From: Gemmatimonadota bacterium
Lineage (GTDB): Bacteria > Gemmatimonadota > Gemmatimonadetes > Palauibacterales > Palauibacteraceae
Length of the DNA stretch: 64,000 nucleotides
NCBI GenBank assembly: GCA_021295785.1
Contig: JAGWBR010000013.1
Coordinates: 331 to 64,330, forward strand
Reading direction: 5' to 3'
The position numbers were made by a program, and so were the translations under genes. Below, piece by piece: positions 45,266 to 53,628 of the stretch (position 1 is its first letter; every line of letters starts with the position of its first letter). Under the pieces are notes generated by a model that saw only the letters and a program-made list of their open reading frames with translations, did no database searches and had not been told where the DNA came from.

Positions 45266-48200
45266 TGCCACGCCCCAGGGTTTCCGCGGGGTGCGGCCCC
45301 GGGCCATCGTGCCGGAGCCTCTGGCGCGCCGCGGGAGTCTCGGTGCTCTTACAGGCGTGCGGCGGCGACGCGCCGGTGCCCGACCTACCTCTTTCTGACT
45401 TGTTGACGATCCGCGCACAGGCCGACGCGGCGTTGCAGCAGGACAGATTGGACGATGCCCGGGCAGATTACTCGCGACTGGTCGATCTGACTCCCGAAGA
45501 GGCAGCCGGGTGGGCCGGACTGGCATTCGTGGCCCTCAAGTCCGGTGACCTGGACCAGGCTTCCGAACATTTGACCGAAGCCCGGCGGCGTGCCCCGGAC
45601 GCGCCCGATCTGATCCTGGCGCTGGCGCGAATTCGAGTGCTGGAAGGCGACGCCGGGCAGGCTCGGTCCCTACTGGACGAGAGCCTGAAAGCCGACTCCA
45701 CACATGTGCCGTCCCTCTGGGCCCTGGCATCGCTTGAAGCCGGTGCGGGCCGGCGGGCCGAGCGCGCGGAGCTGCTGCGCAGGGCGCTGGAGTCATCACC
45801 CGGGAACCTGGCCCTGCGCGTCGCCCGGGCTGACCATTTTCTGGAAGGCGCGGCGTCTTCCCCGTCCCGAGAGGCAGATGCGGCCCTCGCCGAACTGGAG
45901 ATGTTGCGGCAGGTGGCCCCGGATTTCGGGCTGCTGGCGTTGCCCTGGTACGAGGAGGTGGTCGAGAGTCTAAGGGACGTCGGGACCGCTGCCGCCGCGG
46001 GCGACGTGCCCGCCGGCCTCGTGCAGCGGGCCAGGGGCGCGTTTGATGAATTCAAGTCGGTGTTCGAGCTGACGCCGGCATACCAGGAGGGCTTCCAGGA
46101 GCTGGCCGAGCCGCCGTCCACCCTGGCCGGGGTGCCTGAACTGGACTTCAGTTTCCTGGTCTCACTCGCGGTGCGGGAGCCCGCGGCAGTGCTGGAGGCG
46201 CTGCGCTTTACCGAGGCTTCAGAGCTGGCCGGGTTGGTCGAGATCTCGGCTGGTTTGGGCACGGCACCGCGGGAGAGTTCGACCGGTGACCGCGCGGAGG
46301 GCGGGGCGGCTTCGATTGTAGCGGGCGACTACGACGGCGACGGTGACGAAGACCTGCTCTGGTTGCGGGGAGGAGAACTCAGGGTTCTTCGTGTCGATTT
46401 TGGCAGGTTCGTGGATGCTACCTCCGAGGGCGGGGATCTGGCAGGCACCGAATTTCCCGGTGCCTCGGAGGCCCGGTGGGTTGACCTGGATGACGACCGC
46501 CGTCTGGACATCTGGGTGGCGGGGGCTGAAGGATCCGCAGCGCTCCGCAACGCTTCCGCGGGGAGATTCGAGTCGGTCGGCGGTGGAGCGGTCGCGGCAT
46601 CCGGGTTGGTCGGTCGCGCATTGTTTGCCGACCTTGACCATGACGGAGATCTGGACGCGTTCGAGGCCCGCGAAGGCCCGGACGCGCTACACCGAAACAA
46701 CGGCGACTGGACCTTCACCGAAATGGGGGCCACTTTCGGCCTGGCGGGTCCGCCCGGTGCGGTCGGCACGGACGCGGCCTTTGGCGACGTAGACGACGAC
46801 GGGGACACTGATTTGGTAGTGGCCGAGGCCGGCGGCGGGATCCGGATCATGGACAACCTCAGGGGCAGCCGGTTCGGCGACGTGTCGGGCCGGATTTCGG
46901 GGAGCCCGGGGGCAGGCGTTTCCGGACCGGCCGGCGATGCCTGGGCGGTGGCGCTTGCGGACGTCAACCACGACGGGAAGCTGGATCTGGCGGTCGCCTC
47001 GCCGGTGCCTGCAACAGCAGGCGGCGCGGCGACTCCGGGCGAACCCGGATACACCGTGACGATCCTGTTGCAACAACCTGACCGGACCTTCGCCCCCGGG
47101 GCAGGGGATGCCCAAATGGCACTGGGTGCCCGGCCGGCCGCCATGCAGTTCATTGATTTTGACAACGACGGCAGCCAAGACCTGGCGGTAGCCCGGGGCG
47201 AGGCCGGCCTGGCGCTGTTTCGAGGACGTGGGGACGGCTCGTTCGAAGACGCCTCGCGTTTCCTGCCGCCCGAGACTCCCGGCGTGGTTACCGGCCTGGA
47301 GGCCTTTGACTACAACGAAGACGGCGACATCGACCTGGTTCTGCTGGACGGTGAAGGGCGTCCCGTGCTGCTCCGCAACGACGGCGGGAACGCGAACCAT
47401 TACATGCGGCTCGACCTGACCGGCTTGGGGGAGGGGAGTCGCAAGAACAACAGGTTCGGCATCGGAGCACGGATTGAAGTCCGGGCCGGCGATTCCTACC
47501 AGATGCTGACCCAGACCCGGCCCCGCGTACTTGTTGGCCTGGGACCGCGCCTCAAGGCCGACGTGGTTCGGGTGCACTGGCCGAACGGAGTCGTTCAGGA
47601 CCTGTATTTCCCCGGCACCGACCAGGACCTGATAGAGCAGCAGACCCTGAAGGGTTCATGCCCGATGTTGTTCCTTTGGAACGGCGAGGAGTTCGAATTC
47701 GTTGGCGACGTGCTCTGGAAGAGTGCCCTGGGTATGCCGCTCGGGATCTTGGGCGGCCGGGCGCAGGCGTTTGCCCCGGCGTTCCCGTCGCAGGAATACC
47801 GCCGCCTCCCGCCCGGAGTGCTCCGGCCCCGCGACGGCCGCTACGAGATGCGGATAACCGAAGAGCTCTGGGAGACGATCTACGTGGACGGCGTTCAGCT
47901 GGTCGCGGTGGACCACTCCGACTCTGTTGAGGTGTTTGTGAACGAGGTTTTTGTTCCCCCGGCTCCGGTAGAACTGGATTTGTGGAGGGCGGGCACCAGG
48001 CATCTGCCGGTCAGCGCCACGGACCAGGCGGGCCGGGATCACCTGGCCGCCCTCTCAACCAGGGACTTCGCATTCGTCGGTTCGCTTCCCCTGGGTCGTT
48101 ACCAGGGGCTGACCGATCCCCATGAGCTGGTGCTGGATCTTGGTCCCCGGGCGGCTTCCGGCGACGTCACGCTCTTCCTGACCGGGTGGATCTTCCCGAC

Positions 48201-49026
48201 CGACGCCAGCATCAACGTGGCCATGTCCCAAACCGAAGAGTACGCACCGCATTTCCCGGCGCTGGACGTAACGGGGCCGGACGGGGAGTGGGTCGAGGCA
48301 GTGCCCAACCTCGGGTTCCCGTCAGGGAAGGACAAAACGGTGATCGTTGACATGCGGGACCTGTGGGCCGGGCCGGACCGCAGGGTCCGGGTGCGCACGA
48401 ACCTGATGGTTTACTGGGACGAAGCGTTCTTCACCACCGGCCCGCGGAGCCCGCGGGAGGGGGAAACCGTGGTCACCGCCCTGTCTCCTTCGGAAGCCGA
48501 GCTCCGTTACCGCGGTTTTTCACGCGAGTTCAGGAAGGGTGGACGGTACGGGCCGCACTGGTTCGATTACACCGAAGTGAGCACCGCACCCAAGTGGCGC
48601 GACCTGTTCGGCGCGTACACCCGCTACGGGGATGTTCTCGAGTTGGTGCAAGCCGGCGACGATCGCTACGTGATTCAGAACGCAGGGGACGAAATCGCAC
48701 TCTCGTTCCCCGTGGACGGGTTCCCGGCGTTGCCCCACGGGTGGGTGCGGACGTTCTTGATTTACACCGACGGATGGGTCAAGGACGGCGACCTGAACAC
48801 CGCCACCGGCGAGCGCTCGGGACCACTGCCGTTCCGAGCGCTCGCCGTGTACCCCTACGACCCCGCCGGAGTCGCCGGGGTCGGCGAGTCGGGCATGCCG
48901 GCGGCGGGCGGCCCTGAGGCCGCGTACACGGCCGACCCCGCCCGGAGAGAGGCCATGGAGCGTTTCAACACGCGTGGCGTGGTGCCCCGGATTTCCGGGC
49001 CCGACCACCTCCCCCCGCCCGGATAG
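45265..49026 (+). CDS. Large lipoprotein: TPR, FG-GAP repeats, ASPIC/UnbV, and a roughly 450-aa C-terminal domain of unknown function
   Basis: The ATG at 45265 shares one base with the upstream TGA. Lipobox LLQAC. TPR-like helices occupy about aa 40-260. Seven D.D.DG..D repeats follow. UnbV-like segment is FGIGARIEVRAG...VRVHWPNG. The region from about 47650 onward has no motif I recognise. Confidence 0.85.
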   Translation: MPRPRVSAGCGPGPSCRSLWRAAGVSVLLQACGGDAPVPDLPLSDLLTIRAQADAALQQDRLDDARADYSRLVDLTPEEAAGWAGLAFVALKSGDLDQASEHLTEARRRAPDAPDLILALARIRVLEGDAGQARSLLDESLKADSTHVPSLWALASLEAGAGRRAERAELLRRALESSPGNLALRVARADHFLEGAASSPSREADAALAELEMLRQVAPDFGLLALPWYEEVVESLRDVGTAAAAGDVPAGLVQRARGAFDEFKSVFELTPAYQEGFQELAEPPSTLAGVPELDFSFLVSLAVREPAAVLEALRFTEASELAGLVEISAGLGTAPRESSTGDRAEGGAASIVAGDYDGDGDEDLLWLRGGELRVLRVDFGRFVDATSEGGDLAGTEFPGASEARWVDLDDDRRLDIWVAGAEGSAALRNASAGRFESVGGGAVAASGLVGRALFADLDHDGDLDAFEAREGPDALHRNNGDWTFTEMGATFGLAGPPGAVGTDAAFGDVDDDGDTDLVVAEAGGGIRIMDNLRGSRFGDVSGRISGSPGAGVSGPAGDAWAVALADVNHDGKLDLAVASPVPATAGGAATPGEPGYTVTILLQQPDRTFAPGAGDAQMALGARPAAMQFIDFDNDGSQDLAVARGEAGLALFRGRGDGSFEDASRFLPPETPGVVTGLEAFDYNEDGDIDLVLLDGEGRPVLLRNDGGNANHYMRLDLTGLGEGSRKNNRFGIGARIEVRAGDSYQMLTQTRPRVLVGLGPRLKADVVRVHWPNGVVQDLYFPGTDQDLIEQQTLKGSCPMLFLWNGEEFEFVGDVLWKSALGMPLGILGGRAQAFAPAFPSQEYRRLPPGVLRPRDGRYEMRITEELWETIYVDGVQLVAVDHSDSVEVFVNEVFVPPAPVELDLWRAGTRHLPVSATDQAGRDHLAALSTRDFAFVGSLPLGRYQGLTDPHELVLDLGPRAASGDVTLFLTGWIFPTDASINVAMSQTEEYAPHFPALDVTGPDGEWVEAVPNLGFPSGKDKTVIVDMRDLWAGPDRRVRVRTNLMVYWDEAFFTTGPRSPREGETVVTALSPSEAELRYRGFSREFRKGGRYGPHWFDYTEVSTAPKWRDLFGAYTRYGDVLELVQAGDDRYVIQNAGDEIALSFPVDGFPALPHGWVRTFLIYTDGWVKDGDLNTATGERSGPLPFRALAVYPYDPAGVAGVGESGMPAAGGPEAAYTADPARREAMERFNTRGVVPRISGPDHLPPPG

Positions 49027-49052
49027 AGGATCCGGGAGCGCCCGAGAAGGGG

Positions 49053-49844
49053 TCAGGTGTTGTCGTGCGAGCTGGCGTGGAGTGCGAAGGCGGCGCCCTG
49101 CGGGTCCATGGCGTGCAGGATCATGTCGCCGCCCGGAACTGACATGGGATCGACGGTGATTCTGCCGCCTGCCGCTGCGATTTTCCCGGCAGCGGCCTCA
49201 ACGTCCGCGACCCGGATGTAGAGAGCCCAGCAGGGAGGGACCGGCATCTGGTCGTTGCGGTTCATCATCCCGCCCAGCTTCACCCCGCCCCGCCCGAACA
49301 TCTGGTAGGCTCCGGCTGGTCCCATGTCCATGCGGTTTGTCTTCTCCCAACCGAACAGCTCCGTGTAGAACGAGCACGATGCCTCCATGTCGGTCGAGAT
49401 GAGCTCGTGCCATGAAACCTCGCCCTGCTGCCGGTGTCCGTCGTGCCCGGGGGTCTCGTCATCGGGCTGGATTGCCATGAAAACCGGGCCGCCGGGATCT
49501 TCGATAACGGCCATCCGGCCGACCCGAGGTATCTCGAGCCGATTCACGACCTTGCCCCCGAGCTCCTCTGCCCGGGCGGCGGTAGCGTCGACGTCGGGTG
49601 TCGAGACGTAGGCGAGCCAATGGTTCGGCACACCGTGCTCAACCAGTTCGGGAGGCATCACCATCATCCCGGCCACGGCCTTCCCGCCGTTCAGGAAGTT
49701 CGTATAGGGGATATCCTCGCACGCGCTCGACTCCCAGCCGGTGACCTGGCTATAGAACTTCGAAGCACCGTCAACGTCGCTTGTCAGCAACTCGTACCAG
49801 CAAAACCTCCCCAGGGGAGTTGCCGTCGTGGGAGAATCTGGCAT
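49053..49844 (-). CDS. VOC (glyoxalase/bleomycin-resistance/dioxygenase) superfamily protein, two tandem domains
   Basis: Two copies of the pattern F.WYEL.T.D....FY....GW.......Y..F......VAGMM......W..Y..V.DVDA....A...GG are present. Confidence 0.85.
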   Translation of the reverse strand: MPDSPTTATPLGRFCWYELLTSDVDGASKFYSQVTGWESSACEDIPYTNFLNGGKAVAGMMVMPPELVEHGVPNHWLAYVSTPDVDATAARAEELGGKVVNRLEIPRVGRMAVIEDPGGPVFMAIQPDDETPGHDGHRQQGEVSWHELISTDMEASCSFYTELFGWEKTNRMDMGPAGAYQMFGRGGVKLGGMMNRNDQMPVPPCWALYIRVADVEAAAGKIAAAGGRITVDPMSVPGGDMILHAMDPQGAAFALHASSHDNT

Positions 49845-50159
49845 GGTGGTTCCTTCGGTTTGGGCCGGGGGGCCGAAAAGACGAGCCCCGGTCGCTCACT
49901 CGAAACCCCCGGGGCGGGTTGACGCGGTAGTGTAAAGCGGCGGGCGGTCGGCTGCTACGAAGTTCGATATTCCCGTTCACGGCCGAGACCTCGATTGACG
50001 GCCCGCTACAGCCGGGGCGGAGGTGTTTCGGCAGCGCGGCTCGTGCCGATTCACATTGCGGGATGGTGTAGTACGGTAACCACCTGACAGTAGGCCGATG
50101 GAACAGCGGCGGCTAATCGGTGTCTCTGAGGGAGGAGGCATCCAATGGAGGAGGTTACC

Positions 50160-50264
50160 ATGATCGGGATCGATCTGGCAAAGCGCAGCTTTCAGGTACA
50201 CGGGGCCACGGCCGACAGGTCGGTCCTGACGGCCCCGCGGGACTTGCCGATATGGGCGGGTTAG
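50160..50264 (+). pseudogene. Relic of the 5' end of an IS110-family transposase gene (34 codons)
   Basis: GGAGGAGG precedes the ATG. MIGIDLAKRSFQVHGATADRSVL matches the conserved DEDD-transposase N-terminus (IGIDLAK..FQVHG). The frame then diverges and stops at 50262-50264. The rest of the gene is absent. Confidence 0.7.
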
Positions 50265-50405
50265 TGTGAATCGCGCGAACCGCATTAGTTTGTGTGCAGG
50301 AGGGTCAACGAACCCGGATCACGATTTGAGGGGCCATTGTAGCCGGGACCTCCCAGCTACAAGATCCCTTGTCCGCGGGGTGCGGCTTCGAAAGGAATCC
50401 CAGGA

Positions 50406-51515
50406 ATGATTCCGAAACTGAATGAACCCAGGCTCCGCGGCATCGATGAGCTGCCGCCGTACCCCGAGGGCTGGTACTTCGTCGTGCACCGCAAGACTCT
50501 TCTCGAGAAGCGGTTGATCGAGAAGACCTGGATGGGCGAGGACATCATCGCCTGGTGCGACGAGCAGGGTCGCATCTGCGTGGCCGGCGCGTACTGTCCG
50601 CACCTGGGGTCGCACCTGGGACCGACTGCCGGGGGGGTGGTGCGCGATGGCTGCATCGTGTGTCCATTCCACGGGTTCGAGTTCGACGCGACCGGGCAAT
50701 GCGTGGCTGTACCCCATGCCCCGGCTCCCAAAGCCGCGAAGCTGGAGGTCTACGAGACGGCCGAGATCCTCGGTATGGTCTTCGCCTGGTGGGGCAGCGG
50801 CGACCTTGCACCGCAGTGGCACCTTCCGGAGGAACCGCCCACCGGTACTGACTGGAGCAGCGTGTGCTCCACTACGCTGCGCTTCCGGGGTCATCCGCAG
50901 GAAACCACGGAGAACTCCGTGGACCTGGAGCACCTGGACTACACCCACGGCTATCACGACGTAGAACCGACCGCTCCCTTGACAATCGACGGTGCCTACC
51001 TGAAGAGTTGCTTCGACTTCAAGAACCTTCGCACGGTCGCGGGTGTGATCAACATCCACTCCGAAATCTCGGCCGTCACCCACGTCCATGGGTTGGGGTT
51101 CTCGTTCGTCGAAATCCACGAAAAGACGGTCGGCATGGACGCAAGAATGTGGGTCCTCGCGACGCCCGTGGGGCACATGCAACTGGAACTGACCCTGGCT
51201 ACCCAGGTACGGGAAATCCGTAGACCAGGGCGATTTTTCGCGGGCCTCGGCTTCCTGCCGGTGCCGCTGCGCCACAGGCTGATGACTCGCCTTTTCCTGT
51301 CGGAGGAGAGGCGCTTCGTCCAGCAGGATGTCGTCATATGGCGGCGGAAGCAGTACAGGGTTCCGCCGCGGCTGTCCCGGGCCGACGGCCCGATCGGGAA
51401 ATACCGCCTTTATTGTCGGCAGTTCTATCCGGAGTTACCATCACGGATCGAGTCGACGGGCCGAATCGGCCTGGCGGACGTGAGCGGGGGTCCGAAGAAG
51501 GAGAGACGAGCATGA
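50406..51515 (+). CDS. Rieske [2Fe-2S] non-haem-iron oxygenase (single alpha-type subunit, KshA/PAO-like)
   Basis: Rieske ligands are CPHLGSHL...CPFHGFEF. The mononuclear-iron motif is ENSVDLEHLDYTH (D-x2-H-x4-H). Confidence 0.88.
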   Translation: MIPKLNEPRLRGIDELPPYPEGWYFVVHRKTLLEKRLIEKTWMGEDIIAWCDEQGRICVAGAYCPHLGSHLGPTAGGVVRDGCIVCPFHGFEFDATGQCVAVPHAPAPKAAKLEVYETAEILGMVFAWWGSGDLAPQWHLPEEPPTGTDWSSVCSTTLRFRGHPQETTENSVDLEHLDYTHGYHDVEPTAPLTIDGAYLKSCFDFKNLRTVAGVINIHSEISAVTHVHGLGFSFVEIHEKTVGMDARMWVLATPVGHMQLELTLATQVREIRRPGRFFAGLGFLPVPLRHRLMTRLFLSEERRFVQQDVVIWRRKQYRVPPRLSRADGPIGKYRLYCRQFYPELPSRIESTGRIGLADVSGGPKKERRA

Positions 51516-51546
51516 GATTCGGTGACCAGGCAGGAGCGCGAGACTG

Positions 51547-53574
51547 ATGGCTGTAGCTGCAAAAGAGGTGACGGTCGAGCACCTGAGCCTGCCCGAAGAG
51601 CTCATCCTGATGCTCCTCAACGAGGAGAACGGCTATTTTCACCAGATTGCCGGCTGGCAACTGAACTGCGCTGTCATCGGCGCCGTCCTCGCGGAGCTTT
51701 CGCTTCGGGAGCGCATCGACACGGATCTTGAATCGCTGTTTGTCGTGGACGAGACGGAAACGGGCGACCCCGCGCTGGACCCGATCCTGAAAGAGATTGC
51801 CAGGGAACCACGAAAGCGAAACGCCCGGTACTGGATCGAACGGTTCGCGCTCCGCGCGGAATCCATCATCGATCTCACTCTGGACCGTCTGGTGCAAGAG
51901 AAGATTCTGGAGCACCACGAAGGCGAGTTCTGGACGTTGGCGCGTACCACCTGGCTGCCCGGCGCGCACAGTAGACCCCAGGAGGTTTCCGTCGGTCATT
52001 TGATCAAGACGCGGATCAGCAACTTGATTTTTTCCGACATGATTCCCGATCCGAGAAGTGTCATCGTTGTATGCCTCGTCAACACCTGTGACGTTTTTCG
52101 CTTCATGTTCAAGCTCGACGAAGAAGCCGAAGAGCGCATCAATTTCATCTGCAAGATGGATCTCATCGGCCGGTCCATTGCCGAAGCAGTCATCCAGAAC
52201 GCTTCGGCGCCATTGCTTCGACGTGCACACCTGACGAAGCGAGTCCCGGCCATCAAGCTTCGGGAGCTGCTGCGCAGTCCCCACGTGCGGGACGGCAACC
52301 TTCCGGCGCTCTTCGCCGAACTGGCAAAGAAGCATGGCCCTGTATACCAACTCAGTCCGCCGTTTTCAGAGCCGTTGACCTTCCTCGCGGGTCCAGAGAT
52401 AAACCATTGGGCGAACCGTCACGGGCGGATGTACCTGAGGGCCAGGGACTACTTTGCCAACTTCGAGAAAGTGTATGGCGCGTCGGGCGTCCTGCCGTCC
52501 CTCGATGGAGCCGATCATTTCCGACTGCGCAAGGCCATGGCACCGGCGTATTCGCGCAGAAGGCTGCAGAGTCAGGTGGATCAGCTCTACCAGCATGTGC
52601 GTGGCTTCATGGCCGACTGGAAAGTGGGCGAATCGTACTCGGCACGGCGCCTGTGTCGGCGCATGATCAACGCCCAGATCTCGCCCATGTCCGTCAGCGT
52701 CGATTCGCAGGATATCTTCGACGATCTGATGAAGTACAAGGAGAGGGCGCTCACGGTCCACATGTTGAGGCTTCTGCCGGAGTTCACGCTGAAGACTCCG
52801 GGCATGAAACGGAGGGCGAGGGCGATCGACACGCTTCTGGGTCGTGTGCAGAGCGTGCATACGCCCGCCCAGCGGGCCGGTTGCCCCCGGAACCTGGCGG
52901 ACGACCTCCTGAGCCTCAACAGCAGCGATCCGCAGCTGGTACCGGAATCCAATCTGCGGTTCGCTTTGTCGGCGGCGCTGATTGCCAGCGTCTACCTTGG
53001 CGACGCGTTCAGCCTGGTGGTCTACGCCATGGCGTCACGGCCGGATTACTACGCGAGAATCCGAGCCGAAGCCGATGCTCTATTCGGGAACGGCGACCCC
53101 GCCGGGGATGCCTTCACACCGGCCGCAGTCGATATCACTCACCGGTTCGTGACCGAATGCCTGCGCATGTATCCGATCGTGCCGGTGTCCGTGCGGAACG
53201 TCATGAATTCCTGCGTGGTGGAAGGCTACGAGCTGCCCGTGGGTGCAAGGATCAATATCGCCCAGACGGCCCCGCACTACATGGAGGATGTCTTTCCTGA
53301 CCCGTTCAAGTTCGATATTGACCGCTACCTTCCGCCGCGCTGTGAGCACCGCAGTCCCGGTTACGCGCCCTATGGTGTCGGAACGCACCGATGTCTCGGT
53401 TTCCGATGGATGGAACTTCAACTGATGATCAACGTGCTGATGATCGCCCACCATTTCACTCTCGAGGTGGCTCCGGCGAACTTCAAGTTCCGGTTCGCCC
53501 CGTTCCCGTCGCTGAAGCCGAGCAAGAAGCTGAAGTTCCGCGTCGCCGAGCAGGTCCGCAAAGTAGTGGCCTGA
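51547..53574 (+). CDS. Fusion protein: N-terminal GPP34/GOLPH3-like domain plus C-terminal cytochrome P450
   Basis: The N-terminal roughly 210 aa contain LSLPEELILMLLNEENGYFHQIAGWQLNCAVIGAVLAELSLRERID, a GPP34 hallmark. The C-terminal roughly 440 aa carry ExxR (ECLR), DPFKFDIDRY and the Cys-ligand loop YGVGTHRCLG. It is one uninterrupted 675-codon ORF. Confidence 0.85.
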   Translation: MAVAAKEVTVEHLSLPEELILMLLNEENGYFHQIAGWQLNCAVIGAVLAELSLRERIDTDLESLFVVDETETGDPALDPILKEIAREPRKRNARYWIERFALRAESIIDLTLDRLVQEKILEHHEGEFWTLARTTWLPGAHSRPQEVSVGHLIKTRISNLIFSDMIPDPRSVIVVCLVNTCDVFRFMFKLDEEAEERINFICKMDLIGRSIAEAVIQNASAPLLRRAHLTKRVPAIKLRELLRSPHVRDGNLPALFAELAKKHGPVYQLSPPFSEPLTFLAGPEINHWANRHGRMYLRARDYFANFEKVYGASGVLPSLDGADHFRLRKAMAPAYSRRRLQSQVDQLYQHVRGFMADWKVGESYSARRLCRRMINAQISPMSVSVDSQDIFDDLMKYKERALTVHMLRLLPEFTLKTPGMKRRARAIDTLLGRVQSVHTPAQRAGCPRNLADDLLSLNSSDPQLVPESNLRFALSAALIASVYLGDAFSLVVYAMASRPDYYARIRAEADALFGNGDPAGDAFTPAAVDITHRFVTECLRMYPIVPVSVRNVMNSCVVEGYELPVGARINIAQTAPHYMEDVFPDPFKFDIDRYLPPRCEHRSPGYAPYGVGTHRCLGFRWMELQLMINVLMIAHHFTLEVAPANFKFRFAPFPSLKPSKKLKFRVAEQVRKVVA

Positions 53575-53628
53575 CATCCGGTCCCGACCGGGCCGCTTGC
53601 GAGATCCCGGAGCCCCGGGCCGTCCTGG

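Noticed and set aside
49962-49973. gttcgatattcc, reminiscent of a tRNA T-loop (GGTTCGAATCC) next to the IS110 relic.
   Set aside because: The flanking bases cannot form a T-arm stem, and no acceptor or anticodon arms can be drawn. It is not a tRNA or tRNA fragment that I can support.
9845-50264. The idea that the two IS110-type fragments (3' end on the minus strand at 9.9 kb, 5' end on the plus strand at 50.2 kb) are the two halves of one element split by a 40-kb inversion.
   Set aside because: The orientation is geometrically compatible. However, the fragments look like different IS110 subgroups: the 5' piece is the IGIDLAK..FQVHG type and the 3' piece is the …GKS.REA.RCLKR… type. About 270 central codons are missing from both. 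No other inversion signal is visible. Independent relics is the simpler explanation.
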